This document shows positions 47,130 through 56,372 of a stretch of 64,000 nt of DNA, one piece after another. The first letter of the stretch is position 1; each line of letters begins with the position of its first letter. The position numbers and the translations under genes were made by a program. The notes under the pieces are model-generated. The model saw only the letters and a list, made by a program, of their open reading frames with translations. It made no database searches and was not told where the DNA came from. The stretch covers positions 1-64,000 of the IMG/VR virus record IMGVR_UViG_3300043548_000582. One strand, given 5' to 3'. Source of the DNA: a virus.

Positions 47130-49256
47130 TCATATTGACAAAGATTGATAAAGAGAATCCAAGAACATATTATTAAACACGCCATCCGAAGCAAATAAAT
47201 AAGAATTATCAACTGTCGGACCAAGTATTGTTGTTTTTGAATTTTCGAAATTTATGATGTTATCAGTCACGGTGCCATCATAACCATCAACATATTCAAA
47301 AAACACATAATATTTTTCGAAATCTTGTGGGCTGAATGATGATGGCAGAACGAGCGGCCAACCCCAGTCTGATGTATATTGAGACAAGTTGTATGTTTGT
47401 CCTGATCCAGCACACAGCGGTTGATATGTATTCAGCAATGTGTAAGAATTGCTGAATTTCTCCAGAGCAACGATTGGAGTTCCAGCGGTTATGGTATAAG
47501 TCAGTGTATCTATCTGATCACCAATGTTCGTTCCATATTTGTCTTTTTGAGTGTATCCTCTGGTATCGAAATTTTGATTGAATTTATTCGTTGTTCCGAT
47601 TAGTTTGTTTAGACTGACAGATGCCAGATTCGCAATTCGATCTATGTCTTCAGGATAATTCGTGGATGCTCTGTTGAATACAAGCTCTTCATTATCAACA
47701 AGCCTCATATCTGAAATAAGAGCCTGAATGTTTTTAGTGTCGATATCTGTATTGTTTGCTATGAAGTTTGCTATCTTTTCATAAGTCTTGACACCTATTG
47801 AATTGTGATCATAGTTATCAGATCCAAATATACTTCCTAAGAAATCATTAAACAGTATAGGATTGTTTTTGATTTTTTCTTGGAAAGCTAAATCGGTGAA
47901 CGTTTGAGCAGCATTGAAATCCTCATTGACTTTGTATATGTCGTAATAATTATGTGAGTATATATCAAAGTAACTTGAACTTGCACTCAGTGTGAATGCT
48001 GATAGATTATCATTTGTGAGCGTTGCGACACAAGATAACTGTACTGCTGTTGTTATCGAGCTAAGATATGGGAATTGGATATATCCTCTGAAAGATCCAC
48101 CGTGATCCAGTTGATCTATAGTATAGTTTAAAGAAGATATTGTATAATACGTTGATGGTATCAATGCTGTATTCGCTACAAGTCTCTCGTTGGCTTGGGT
48201 TAATATATAGAATCCGTTATTATCGATTAGATAATCTCCAGATAATACACTTATAGAAAGAGCCGATAATTGAATATTATTGAAGTTTTTGAGAGAATAT
48301 TGAGCTGAATCTTTAACCTTTACAACAAATGGTATCTTGCTATTGATAAATTTTGTATGATATATATCGAATGAGCTTATGGGGGTGCTTTCCCCATCGA
48401 TACCATTGGATGTTATGCTGAGTCTGAACGCATCATTGTTGGGGGTTATATTTGCACTCAGCAAGACTCCCAGATTGTTTAGGTAATCGGTTGTTTTTTC
48501 TGCAACTATTGTGTTTGTATTGCTAAACTTGAATAATATCGATGTATTACCAACCGTATCATCTTTGTAATACACGTATTTCGTAGCTGAAGTTCCAACA
48601 AAGAATGAACCAGCATCTGTTTTAGAGCATGGAACTATTGATCCGTTGTCAATCTTGGCGTACAATGCATCTCCTGATGTTATTTTGATATCTGGAACCT
48701 CGTAATATTGCACATTTTGTATTGCAATATTTGATGTGGAATCAAATATGGAATATGTTGGACGTAAATGTACGAATTTATCAGATTGAATTTCGAAGAA
48801 GTTCGTACTTCCCGAATTATTCACTGAATATACAACATTCGTTATGGGCTGATACCACGGATATGTGACATTCAAGGTCCAAGGACCGTGAATAACACTC
48901 TGTGTCAATTCCAAGTAGCCTTTATTGGATGATAGATTGGTAAATTCGAGAGTGTATGGTATGTAATCTTTAACTTCTACGTTTTGAGAATAAGACGATA
49001 TCAATGCATTGTTTTGGCAGTCGAATACCAATAGATTTACTGTGTAAACCCCCGGAAAATTGTAATATTTGATTGCTGTGAGCGCTTTTGATGTTGTACC
49101 ATCACCAAAAGACCAAACAACATCTTTGTTTGGAAACAAATCCAAATCAGGTATGAACTTGAATGGTGTTGACGATAAGCTATAAGAACTCAATACATTC
49201 TCATTCTTGAAATCGTATACATCAAAAGTCGTATATGTTGTTTTTAAATCAGGCAT
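47130..49256 (-). CDS. PKD-domain baseplate-associated protein
   Basis: VWSFGDGTTS....YNFPGVYTVNL. Confidence 0.7.
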   Translation of the reverse strand: MPDLKTTYTTFDVYDFKNENVLSSYSLSSTPFKFIPDLDLFPNKDVVWSFGDGTTSKALTAIKYYNFPGVYTVNLLVFDCQNNALISSYSQNVEVKDYIPYTLEFTNLSSNKGYLELTQSVIHGPWTLNVTYPWYQPITNVVYSVNNSGSTNFFEIQSDKFVHLRPTYSIFDSTSNIAIQNVQYYEVPDIKITSGDALYAKIDNGSIVPCSKTDAGSFFVGTSATKYVYYKDDTVGNTSILFKFSNTNTIVAEKTTDYLNNLGVLLSANITPNNDAFRLSITSNGIDGESTPISSFDIYHTKFINSKIPFVVKVKDSAQYSLKNFNNIQLSALSISVLSGDYLIDNNGFYILTQANERLVANTALIPSTYYTISSLNYTIDQLDHGGSFRGYIQFPYLSSITTAVQLSCVATLTNDNLSAFTLSASSSYFDIYSHNYYDIYKVNEDFNAAQTFTDLAFQEKIKNNPILFNDFLGSIFGSDNYDHNSIGVKTYEKIANFIANNTDIDTKNIQALISDMRLVDNEELVFNRASTNYPEDIDRIANLASVSLNKLIGTTNKFNQNFDTRGYTQKDKYGTNIGDQIDTLTYTITAGTPIVALEKFSNSYTLLNTYQPLCAGSGQTYNLSQYTSDWGWPLVLPSSFSPQDFEKYYVFFEYVDGYDGTVTDNIINFENSKTTILGPTVDNSYLFASDGVFNNMFLDSLYQSLSI

Positions 49257-51063
49257 CGATTACTTCTATTTTATTTATTAGCGATTGAGGAGAATAGAAA
49301 TATGGGAATTTATAAAACGGAAGCGTTGTCGTTTGATTTACGATATCATTGTCACTATCGACATATATCGGATTCCATGATAAGAAAGATACTCCGTTGA
49401 AGAATGTATTTTCCTTTGTATTTTCCGTTCTTATTGAAGATACACCCTCAATTCCCAATATCGATGCTGTCAAGTCTGTTAAGTTTAATGTCTGCCCCAA
49501 TACGTTATTGGATGGCTTGAAAAAATTCAAGATTGTATCATTTATCTTGGATTTCAACACCCCTTTGTTGATTTTATTCGTTTTACTTCTAACAACAACG
49601 AGTTTTGATTCATCAACAACACTTCGAAGTGAATTTATTGTACTGAATCCAATATCAAATGCCACGTAGATAGGATCTCTAGGTACAATTTCATTGGATA
49701 TCATCTTTTTGTCTCTGGTGATGTCAATTATGAGATTTTTAAATGATTCACTGAGATAATTCGGATATGTACCATCTTGCGTTACTTCAAATTTCGGCAC
49801 ACAGAATATGTTGACGTTGTTGAAATCACAACTATCTGCAAAGTTGACCTGATTTATTAAAACACGGTTGACTTTATTCGGATCTACACATATGCGGTAG
49901 TAATAGTCGATGTATTCGTTTATAAATCTGTCATTATCAACAACCTTGACAGTATTCAAGATGTTTGGTATGCTCTTGCTCAAGAATTTCTCATAGTCGG
50001 CTTCAGTTACAAGTCTGTTTTGTGCAGCGATCAGGAACGGTGCATTGTTTTTGATAGACTCAACAGTTTCAGCTTCACTTATGGTTGTTGAATTCAGAGG
50101 ATTGTTGAATGTCAATGAAGGACTCAGAACAGTTGTTATGATTTGAGAGTTTGAAGATGTTGTATCCTCATAGATTTCGCTGAATGTATTTGAAGCGTAT
50201 GTAAAGAGCTTATTTCCATTGATTGCGTTTTTGCTTATGATACCTTTATCACCATCGCTCAAGATATACATTATCTTAACCTCATCACCGGATTCCAGTC
50301 GTTTTCCGAATGTGTTGTTTCCGAATTTTACTTCGTAATGTCCATTTTCATTCAATCTAAGCTCATATGCTCTCTCGGTTGCATTTGAAAGATACAAGCT
50401 GTCGCTTTCTTTGTATTCATACCAAGTATCGGTATTCACTTCCTTGACATACACGCTTATTGTACCATCTGCTATGAATCTACTGTCATTTGTGTTGACC
50501 AAGTTATCAACAACAATCGGAAGAGTTTCAAAATCCAGACCTTCTGATGTATAAGTCGGATATTCTTGAACTGTACCTTGATATAAGATCAGATTGTTGT
50601 TGATCGAATCTATAGTTTCATTCGATGTTGTGGTTTTTTCAAAAAGTGTATCTTCCAAAACGGTGTATTGGATATTATCCACTAGAAAGTAGCTGTACTT
50701 TCTAATCATATAGCTACCAACAGCCAGATTGGATGATGCGGTGCAGTTGATTGGAACAATTGATGTTTGTCTGCCTGTAGGCTTGTATCCTATCAGTTTA
50801 ACAATACGATTCATGTTCTCATAAATCGAAGCCTGATCAAAAAGCGATTCTGAGCTATTTTGATTCAAATAAAACATCAATACATGTGTGTAATATGCCA
50901 ATATCTCGATGAGAAACGACATGTTACTACCTTCATAATTTTGATCTGTGAATGTTGAGTTCTCATTCAGTCTCTGGATTATGAAATTCTTTAAAGAAAC
51001 AGCATCGAAATTGATGTATGCGTTTTGTGGAAGATTATATTCCAATGTATCTTTATCGCTCAT
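49249..51063 (-). CDS. gp6: Baseplate wedge protein gp6
   Basis: FTDQNYEGSN, LAYYTH, KLIGYKP, YEVKFGN..FGKRL, ETVESIKNNAP, QNRLVTEADYE. Confidence 0.9.
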   Translation of the reverse strand: MSDKDTLEYNLPQNAYINFDAVSLKNFIIQRLNENSTFTDQNYEGSNMSFLIEILAYYTHVLMFYLNQNSSESLFDQASIYENMNRIVKLIGYKPTGRQTSIVPINCTASSNLAVGSYMIRKYSYFLVDNIQYTVLEDTLFEKTTTSNETIDSINNNLILYQGTVQEYPTYTSEGLDFETLPIVVDNLVNTNDSRFIADGTISVYVKEVNTDTWYEYKESDSLYLSNATERAYELRLNENGHYEVKFGNNTFGKRLESGDEVKIMYILSDGDKGIISKNAINGNKLFTYASNTFSEIYEDTTSSNSQIITTVLSPSLTFNNPLNSTTISEAETVESIKNNAPFLIAAQNRLVTEADYEKFLSKSIPNILNTVKVVDNDRFINEYIDYYYRICVDPNKVNRVLINQVNFADSCDFNNVNIFCVPKFEVTQDGTYPNYLSESFKNLIIDITRDKKMISNEIVPRDPIYVAFDIGFSTINSLRSVVDESKLVVVRSKTNKINKGVLKSKINDTILNFFKPSNNVLGQTLNLTDLTASILGIEGVSSIRTENTKENTFFNGVSFLSWNPIYVDSDNDIVNQTTTLPFYKFPYFYSPQSLINKIEVIDA

Positions 51064-51077
51064 TAAGAAATATTTAA

Positions 51078-51563
51078 TCAGGAGATCGTGTAACCCGTTG
51101 CGGCGAGTTCTGATTTTATACTCAATCCGTAAACATCCAACGAAGGCACATCAATTTTAAGTTCGATGTTGTATTGATTATTATCTTCATCTGCAACAAC
51201 CACAACATCTTGCAGTGTTATTCTGGGTTCCATCAAAGGAAGCTTCGTTTCAATGTCATCTTGTATCAATTCCGTTGTGAAATCGTCGATTGGCTCGAAG
51301 AGATATTGTCTTAAATCGACACCGTAAGTCGGATTGAGTAGTTTTTCTCCGGGTGAAGTGAGTAATGCATTTACAATGCTATTTTTAACAGCTTCTATGT
51401 CAAAAAGAGCTTGTACATCTTTCAATACTTCATTTCGATTGAGTTGACTGTTGTAACTATAGGATGGAGATAAATCCAATGCTATATCTTTGTATAAAAA
51501 CCCGCTTTCAAGCGCTTTTTTAGATACTGCTGGTGCTTCTAGTGATTTTATCTTAATAGCCAT
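51078..51563 (-). CDS. gp25: Baseplate wedge subunit gp25
   Basis: AVKNSIVNALLTSPGEKLLNPTYGVDLRQYLFEP, EPRI. Confidence 0.92.
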   Translation of the reverse strand: MAIKIKSLEAPAVSKKALESGFLYKDIALDLSPSYSYNSQLNRNEVLKDVQALFDIEAVKNSIVNALLTSPGEKLLNPTYGVDLRQYLFEPIDDFTTELIQDDIETKLPLMEPRITLQDVVVVADEDNNQYNIELKIDVPSLDVYGLSIKSELAATGYTIS

Positions 51564-51585
51564 CGTTAATATTTAACAGATGGAC

Positions 51586-53394
51586 TCAATCAGATTTCTT
51601 TTTGCGTTTTTCCCAGCTAACTCTTTTAGAGCTTTTCTTTTTATACATTCGGCCTTTGATTTTATTGCATTCAGCTTTTGTTGCCCTACAAGCTGGATAA
51701 CTTCCTTTTGAAGTGTCATTTCTTCCACAAGGACCGCCTGTTTTGCAATTAATCCAACCTCTGAATTTGCGACCTTTTTTATCTGTTTGAGGAGCGAACC
51801 AATCACGAAGATTTTCAAGTAGTTCCAATTGAGTAAATTTGCGGTTTTCTTTTAGCATGGATTTGGCCTTTTTGATACGGCTTTCTTCCATAGCTTCTTC
51901 TATATCTTCGCTAGAAAATTCAACCCCGTTTTTTTGTGGAGAGCAATCGAAAGTTCCTTCTACGCTACTTGGAGCACCTTCTAAACTAGTTAAATTGTTG
52001 CCGCTGCAATCGAAATATCCTCCAACACTACTTGGAGCACCTTTTAAACTAGTTAAATTGTTGTAGCTGCAATCGAAAATTCCTTCTACACTATCTGGAG
52101 CACCTTTTAAACTAGTTAAATTGTTTTTTTTGCAATAGAAACCCTCTCCAACACTACTTGGAGCACCTTCTAAACTAGTTAAATTGTTGTCGTCGCAATA
52201 GAAACCCTCTCCAACACTACTTGGAGCACCTTCTAAACTAGTTAAATTGTTGCCACCACAATCGAAAATTCCTTCTACACTATCTGGAGTACCTTCCAAA
52301 CTAGTTAAATTGTTGTTGTTGCAATGGAAATTTCCTTCTACGCTACTTGGTATATTCTCAGGCAACTTAATAATAAACAATTTGCTAAGATTAAAATAAC
52401 CCTCAGCGACACGATCATATGCTTCTTTTTGACCTTCATTAATACGATCTTTGATTTTTTGAACATTTATATCATGTTTATTAAATTTATAGTACTGGGT
52501 GGTATCCAACTGATCATAAGATATTTCTCTTGTTTTAACATATCTCTGAACTTGATTCGGTTTTAAAGAATCTGCCTGATGTGGAGTTAAATTAGGACCA
52601 ATTGATAAAAATTCATTTATTAAGTATGAATCTAACACATCAAAAATATCATCAGGCAAATTAATAGTCGATTTCAGAAGTTTTGATTGTGTTTGATAAT
52701 CAACCGATTTAAACTTTTCAAGGGTTGGTTCTCTAGTAAAATCTTCAATAGTTTCGATTTCTTTTTTTTCAGAATCGTCCAGTTTTTTATTTACAAGTAA
52801 TTTTTCATACGGTTTTAATTCAGGATATTTTGAAACAATTTCATCCCAACCACCTTCAACATGTTTTGTATTATTATTTTTAAATGTCCACATGTATCCA
52901 TTTTTTGTATGATCCAATACCATTATATGGTCATTTTCAGTTACTGGTTTTTTCTTAAAGTAAATAAAGTAAAATGTTGACTCTTGGCCAAGTCTATAGT
53001 TGGAATACATATTACCACCAGCGGATCGAGATATACAAAAAGTGTATCCTCTCCCGTATAATATACACTTATCTTGTGAATCACCTCTATAAATAACTAC
53101 ATTTTCGTCTTCGGCTACGATATCATCTTGTTGAACATCAATTTCGACTTTTTTCTGATCTCCCTTCTTAACATTTCTTTTACCTTCAGCAGCATCAACT
53201 GCTTGCTCAAGCTCTTGGAATGTTTTGTATTGAAATGGATCTTTCTTTTCAAGTGCGTTTTTAAATATTTCAAATTTATCCAAATAAAAGCGAACGGTTT
53301 GTTCTTCAGTATCAGAAAATTTCGCTATTAATTTTTTAATAGCTCCTTCGCTGAATTCTAATAAAAGATTAGTATACAATTCGTTGAAATTCAT
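51586..53394 (-). CDS. Multi-domain protein: head-targeting-like leader, conserved phage domain, 21-aa LRR array, C-terminal basic Cys domain
   Basis: MNFNELYTNLLLEF; CILYGRGYTFCIS; six NNLTSLxG[AT]P repeats; LLENLRDWF..GWINCKTGGPCGR..YPACR. Confidence 0.75.
   Translation of the reverse strand: MNFNELYTNLLLEFSEGAIKKLIAKFSDTEEQTVRFYLDKFEIFKNALEKKDPFQYKTFQELEQAVDAAEGKRNVKKGDQKKVEIDVQQDDIVAEDENVVIYRGDSQDKCILYGRGYTFCISRSAGGNMYSNYRLGQESTFYFIYFKKKPVTENDHIMVLDHTKNGYMWTFKNNNTKHVEGGWDEIVSKYPELKPYEKLLVNKKLDDSEKKEIETIEDFTREPTLEKFKSVDYQTQSKLLKSTINLPDDIFDVLDSYLINEFLSIGPNLTPHQADSLKPNQVQRYVKTREISYDQLDTTQYYKFNKHDINVQKIKDRINEGQKEAYDRVAEGYFNLSKLFIIKLPENIPSSVEGNFHCNNNNLTSLEGTPDSVEGIFDCGGNNLTSLEGAPSSVGEGFYCDDNNLTSLEGAPSSVGEGFYCKKNNLTSLKGAPDSVEGIFDCSYNNLTSLKGAPSSVGGYFDCSGNNLTSLEGAPSSVEGTFDCSPQKNGVEFSSEDIEEAMEESRIKKAKSMLKENRKFTQLELLENLRDWFAPQTDKKGRKFRGWINCKTGGPCGRNDTSKGSYPACRATKAECNKIKGRMYKKKSSKRVSWEKRKKKSD
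51943..52350. repeat. 63-bp tandem repeat, about 6.5 copies (LRR-coding)
   Basis: GGAGCACCTT recurs at 51971 and 52034 and onward with a 63-bp period; core CTAGTTAAATTGTT is invariant. Confidence 0.92.
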
Positions 53395-53395
53395 A

Positions 53396-53581
53396 TTAAT
53401 TCATTTTTCCTTTTCTTTTAACGCACTTCTGAACGTAACCACTGGCATAAGCACTAGGCCAGACATCGTACTTAGCTTTCGCTTTTGCTTGACACTTAGA
53501 TCTTAAAGGAGATACCTTTTTCTTCTTTTTCTTTGAAAATTTTTCAAGAAGAATATTGTAAAGTTCGTTAAATTCGTTCAT
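53396..53581 (-). CDS. Small basic conserved phage protein
   Basis: KAKAKYDVWPSAYASGYVQKC motif, common in T4-like phages; ILLEK leader. Confidence 0.7.
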   Translation of the reverse strand: MNEFNELYNILLEKFSKKKKKKVSPLRSKCQAKAKAKYDVWPSAYASGYVQKCVKRKGKMN

Positions 53582-53694
53582 AATTTGGTTATAGTATTAC
53601 AACTATTCCTATTTAACACAATTGAAGTCTGCATTATAAAAAATAATATAGCAAAAGTTTATTTAATACCAATCTTCACATGCTAAATAATGGT

Positions 53695-54492
53695 ATGGAT
53701 AATAAATATTATGTCTATGGTTTATATGAAGAAGGAAACGAATTTCCATTTTATATCGGTAAGGGTAGTGGTAGACGAGTTGAACGATATGCTCTAGATG
53801 ATACTAGACATGGGTATATGCTAATATGCAAATTTAAAAATTTAAAAAATAAAAATATTAAATTGGAGCGCAAAATATTACATGATGGGTTATCTGAAAG
53901 TGAATCATTGAAAATTGAAATGGATTTAATAAAGCACTACGGTAAACGATGTGATAATACTGGGATATTGTTTAATTTTACAGATGGTGGAAATCAACCA
54001 CCATCTGTTGAGGTAGTTCGAAAATTATACGGAGAAGAAAAATATATTCAAATGCAAATGAGACGTAATAAAACATTTTATGAAAATCATTTTGTTAAAA
54101 ATTTTGAAAATATTGCAAGGGTTCAAGAATTATTAAATCAAAATTTTTTAATTAAAGAAGTCGCAGAAATTTTAGGGTTTGATAGAAATACCATTTCTCG
54201 CTGGATTAAATTGTATGATTTGAATTACGACGACACCAAAAAGAAGGTTTTGGAAATTGAAAGATTGGTGTCTTTTCGCGAATCTAATAGTAAAAAAGTT
54301 CAAAAAACAGCAAAAAAATATTTAGTATTATGTCCTGATGGAGATGAAGTTTGGGTATCGAAATTGGTCAATTTCTGCAAAGATAATCAATTAGATTATA
54401 GAGGATTGAGGAATACATTCAATAAACGTAAAAAGAACGGAACCCGATGTGCGTATAAGGGGTATTCTATAATAAATGTTATAGACCCCTGA
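53695..54492 (+). mobile_element. Free-standing GIY-YIG (LEM-3-like) homing endonuclease with HTH
   Basis: YYVYGL....PFYIGKGSGRR, E..LIKHYG, LFNFTDGG; HTH IKEVAEILGFDRNTISRW; antisense to its neighbours and more AT-rich. Confidence 0.8.
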
Positions 54493-54499
54493 TTGGATA

Positions 54500-54832
54500 T
54501 CACCAATCGCGACAACTTTCGTAATTTGCAGTTCCAGCCTTGGCACTTGAACATTTATGCCTTGCACGGAATGATTTTTTTCTCTTGGTATTGCCACTCT
54601 TACCAGTCACACGAACACCTGCTTGTCCCCAGTGTATTCTCTTATAAGAACCATCGGGTTGACGAGCACACTTGGTCCACTTTTTACCTTTTCTGTCACT
54701 ACTGGCCTTTTTGGTTGGCCCTGTGCATTTGTTGGATTTCTTTTCCATGATCTCAATTAGATCAATATCAAATTCGTCTTGATCAAATTCCAGCGATTCC
54801 AAAATTGATGATGCTACTTTATCAAAATTCAT
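54500..54832 (-). CDS. Small basic conserved phage protein (DUF6321-like)
   Basis: KRIHWGQAG...RKKSFRARHKC...TANY.SC..W; TAAATA-N5-ATG. Confidence 0.7.
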   Translation of the reverse strand: MNFDKVASSILESLEFDQDEFDIDLIEIMEKKSNKCTGPTKKASSDRKGKKWTKCARQPDGSYKRIHWGQAGVRVTGKSGNTKRKKSFRARHKCSSAKAGTANYESCRDW

Positions 54833-54865
54833 AACTTTATTTACCATTTAGGCTAAATAATTTGC

Positions 54866-55426
54866 ATGGGAAAGCTATTTGATGAAATTTTTGAAAGCGT
54901 TGTGGGTCGTTATGAGGCGGGTGGTTATTTACCCGGTGATCTTGTAAAGTTCAGATCCAACTACAAGACATGCGCTGCTTATAAAGCAATGCCAACTGAT
55001 ATGCAACGAGAAGTTGATGATTTAGCCAACTGCAAGCTCAATATATCAGTTATCCAAGTTGGTGATAAGTTATCAGGCAACAGTGCTGGCAACCAATTCA
55101 AAACCGCTGACAATGCAGTTATCACAATCGCCGCTGATCAGGGTGGTGGTAGAACTTATGGCAGAGTTACAGTTTCTCCTGAAATGATTGACCGAATTCA
55201 GATGGATAATATCAATCATCCTCCGGTTCCAGATGAATGGAAGCGCAAAGACAACATCAACATCAAGCCAAAACCAGTTGAAGATTTCAGCAACGCCGAT
55301 AATCGCAAAACGGATAAAGGAAATGGTAAAAATACCCCAACCGATCTTAAATTAGCAGGTGAAAGCACCGTCATAAGAAAAGATATGGATAACCTTGCTG
55401 CGATATATGAACAGACAGTTCAATAA
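54866..55426 (+). CDS. Hypothetical late protein
   Basis: TAAATA-N6-ATG; KLFDEIFES leader. Confidence 0.65.
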   Translation: MGKLFDEIFESVVGRYEAGGYLPGDLVKFRSNYKTCAAYKAMPTDMQREVDDLANCKLNISVIQVGDKLSGNSAGNQFKTADNAVITIAADQGGGRTYGRVTVSPEMIDRIQMDNINHPPVPDEWKRKDNINIKPKPVEDFSNADNRKTDKGNGKNTPTDLKLAGESTVIRKDMDNLAAIYEQTVQ

Positions 55427-55430
55427 TATT

Positions 55431-55688
55431 ATGAAAACCGAAATTGAAGAATTATCAGACATATACGAGGAATCTGTGTTGGAAGAAGGATTACTCAGAA
55501 GAGTAGGGAATAAAATAGTCGGGAGTCTTTCCAGATCCTCTCTCAAAGATACAAACAAAAAGCATGAATTTGCAAAATCTGTTGCATATGATGTTGGAAA
55601 AGATATATCCAAAGTGTTTGGGGGAGATTTAAACACTCATACTCAAAATATATACAGCATGATTTTAAATTATACAAAAACACTATAA
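55431..55688 (+). CDS. Hypothetical protein, probably head-internal
   Basis: LSDIYEESVLEEGLL leader. Confidence 0.55.
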   Translation: MKTEIEELSDIYEESVLEEGLLRRVGNKIVGSLSRSSLKDTNKKHEFAKSVAYDVGKDISKVFGGDLNTHTQNIYSMILNYTKTL

Positions 55689-55706
55689 TAATAACTAAAT
55701 AATCTC

Positions 55707-56372
55707 ATGAGTAAATTTACTAAACTTGACACCATGCTTATTTCAGAAGCATATTCATCACAACTACTAATGGAATCTGCACCAAACATGACAATTGAAG
55801 AAATTCAAAGCAGATTACCAAACATGACAATTGCAGAAGCTCAAGTAATTGAAGAATTATTTGGAAAAATGGGTCAAAAACTTGGAAGAATTGGCTCAGG
55901 TATCGCCAATGTCGGTGGGGCTGCTGCAAAAGGACTAAAAGCAGCAGGCCAATCCGCTGTGGGTGCTATTGATAAAGGTATTCAATCTGCTGTTGATGTA
56001 GGCAAGGGTGTTGCAGGAGCCGCTTCAAATGTTGCACAAAATGTTAGTAACATGTATAGAGCAGGAGCTAATGAAAAGGAAGCCGCGCAGGCAATCGAAC
56101 AGGCTCAAGCTTCAGTTGAAGAACTCGTCAATCTGATCAATTCTGCAAAATCCAAATATGGTCCCGGAAGTGCTTTTAATAAGTATTTTTCAGACGATCC
56201 TATGAAGATGACTCTGAACACCATTGCAAATCAATTGAACATGGCATCACAAACCGCGCAAGATGTGAATGCGGATGTCAAGGACAGAGGATTCTTCGGC
56301 GGAACAAAAGCAGCATACAGCGCTGGCAAGCAAGGTGCAGGTGCTCCACAAGGAGTTCCAGTCGTTCCTTAA
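55707..56372 (+). CDS. Ala/Gly-rich late protein, probably head-internal or ejected
   Basis: TAAATA-N5-ATG; LISEAY...LLMES, IEELFG. Confidence 0.6.
   Translation: MSKFTKLDTMLISEAYSSQLLMESAPNMTIEEIQSRLPNMTIAEAQVIEELFGKMGQKLGRIGSGIANVGGAAAKGLKAAGQSAVGAIDKGIQSAVDVGKGVAGAASNVAQNVSNMYRAGANEKEAAQAIEQAQASVEELVNLINSAKSKYGPGSAFNKYFSDDPMKMTLNTIANQLNMASQTAQDVNADVKDRGFFGGTKAAYSAGKQGAGAPQGVPVVP

Noticed and set aside
51943-52350. Regular repeats as a possible CRISPR array
   Set aside because: These are contiguous in-frame 63-bp coding repeats with no unique spacers, and no cas genes are present.
53582-54499. Group I intron around the endonuclease
   Set aside because: The endonuclease is antisense to the flanking genes, there is almost no non-coding room for a ribozyme core, and the upstream gene has its own stop.
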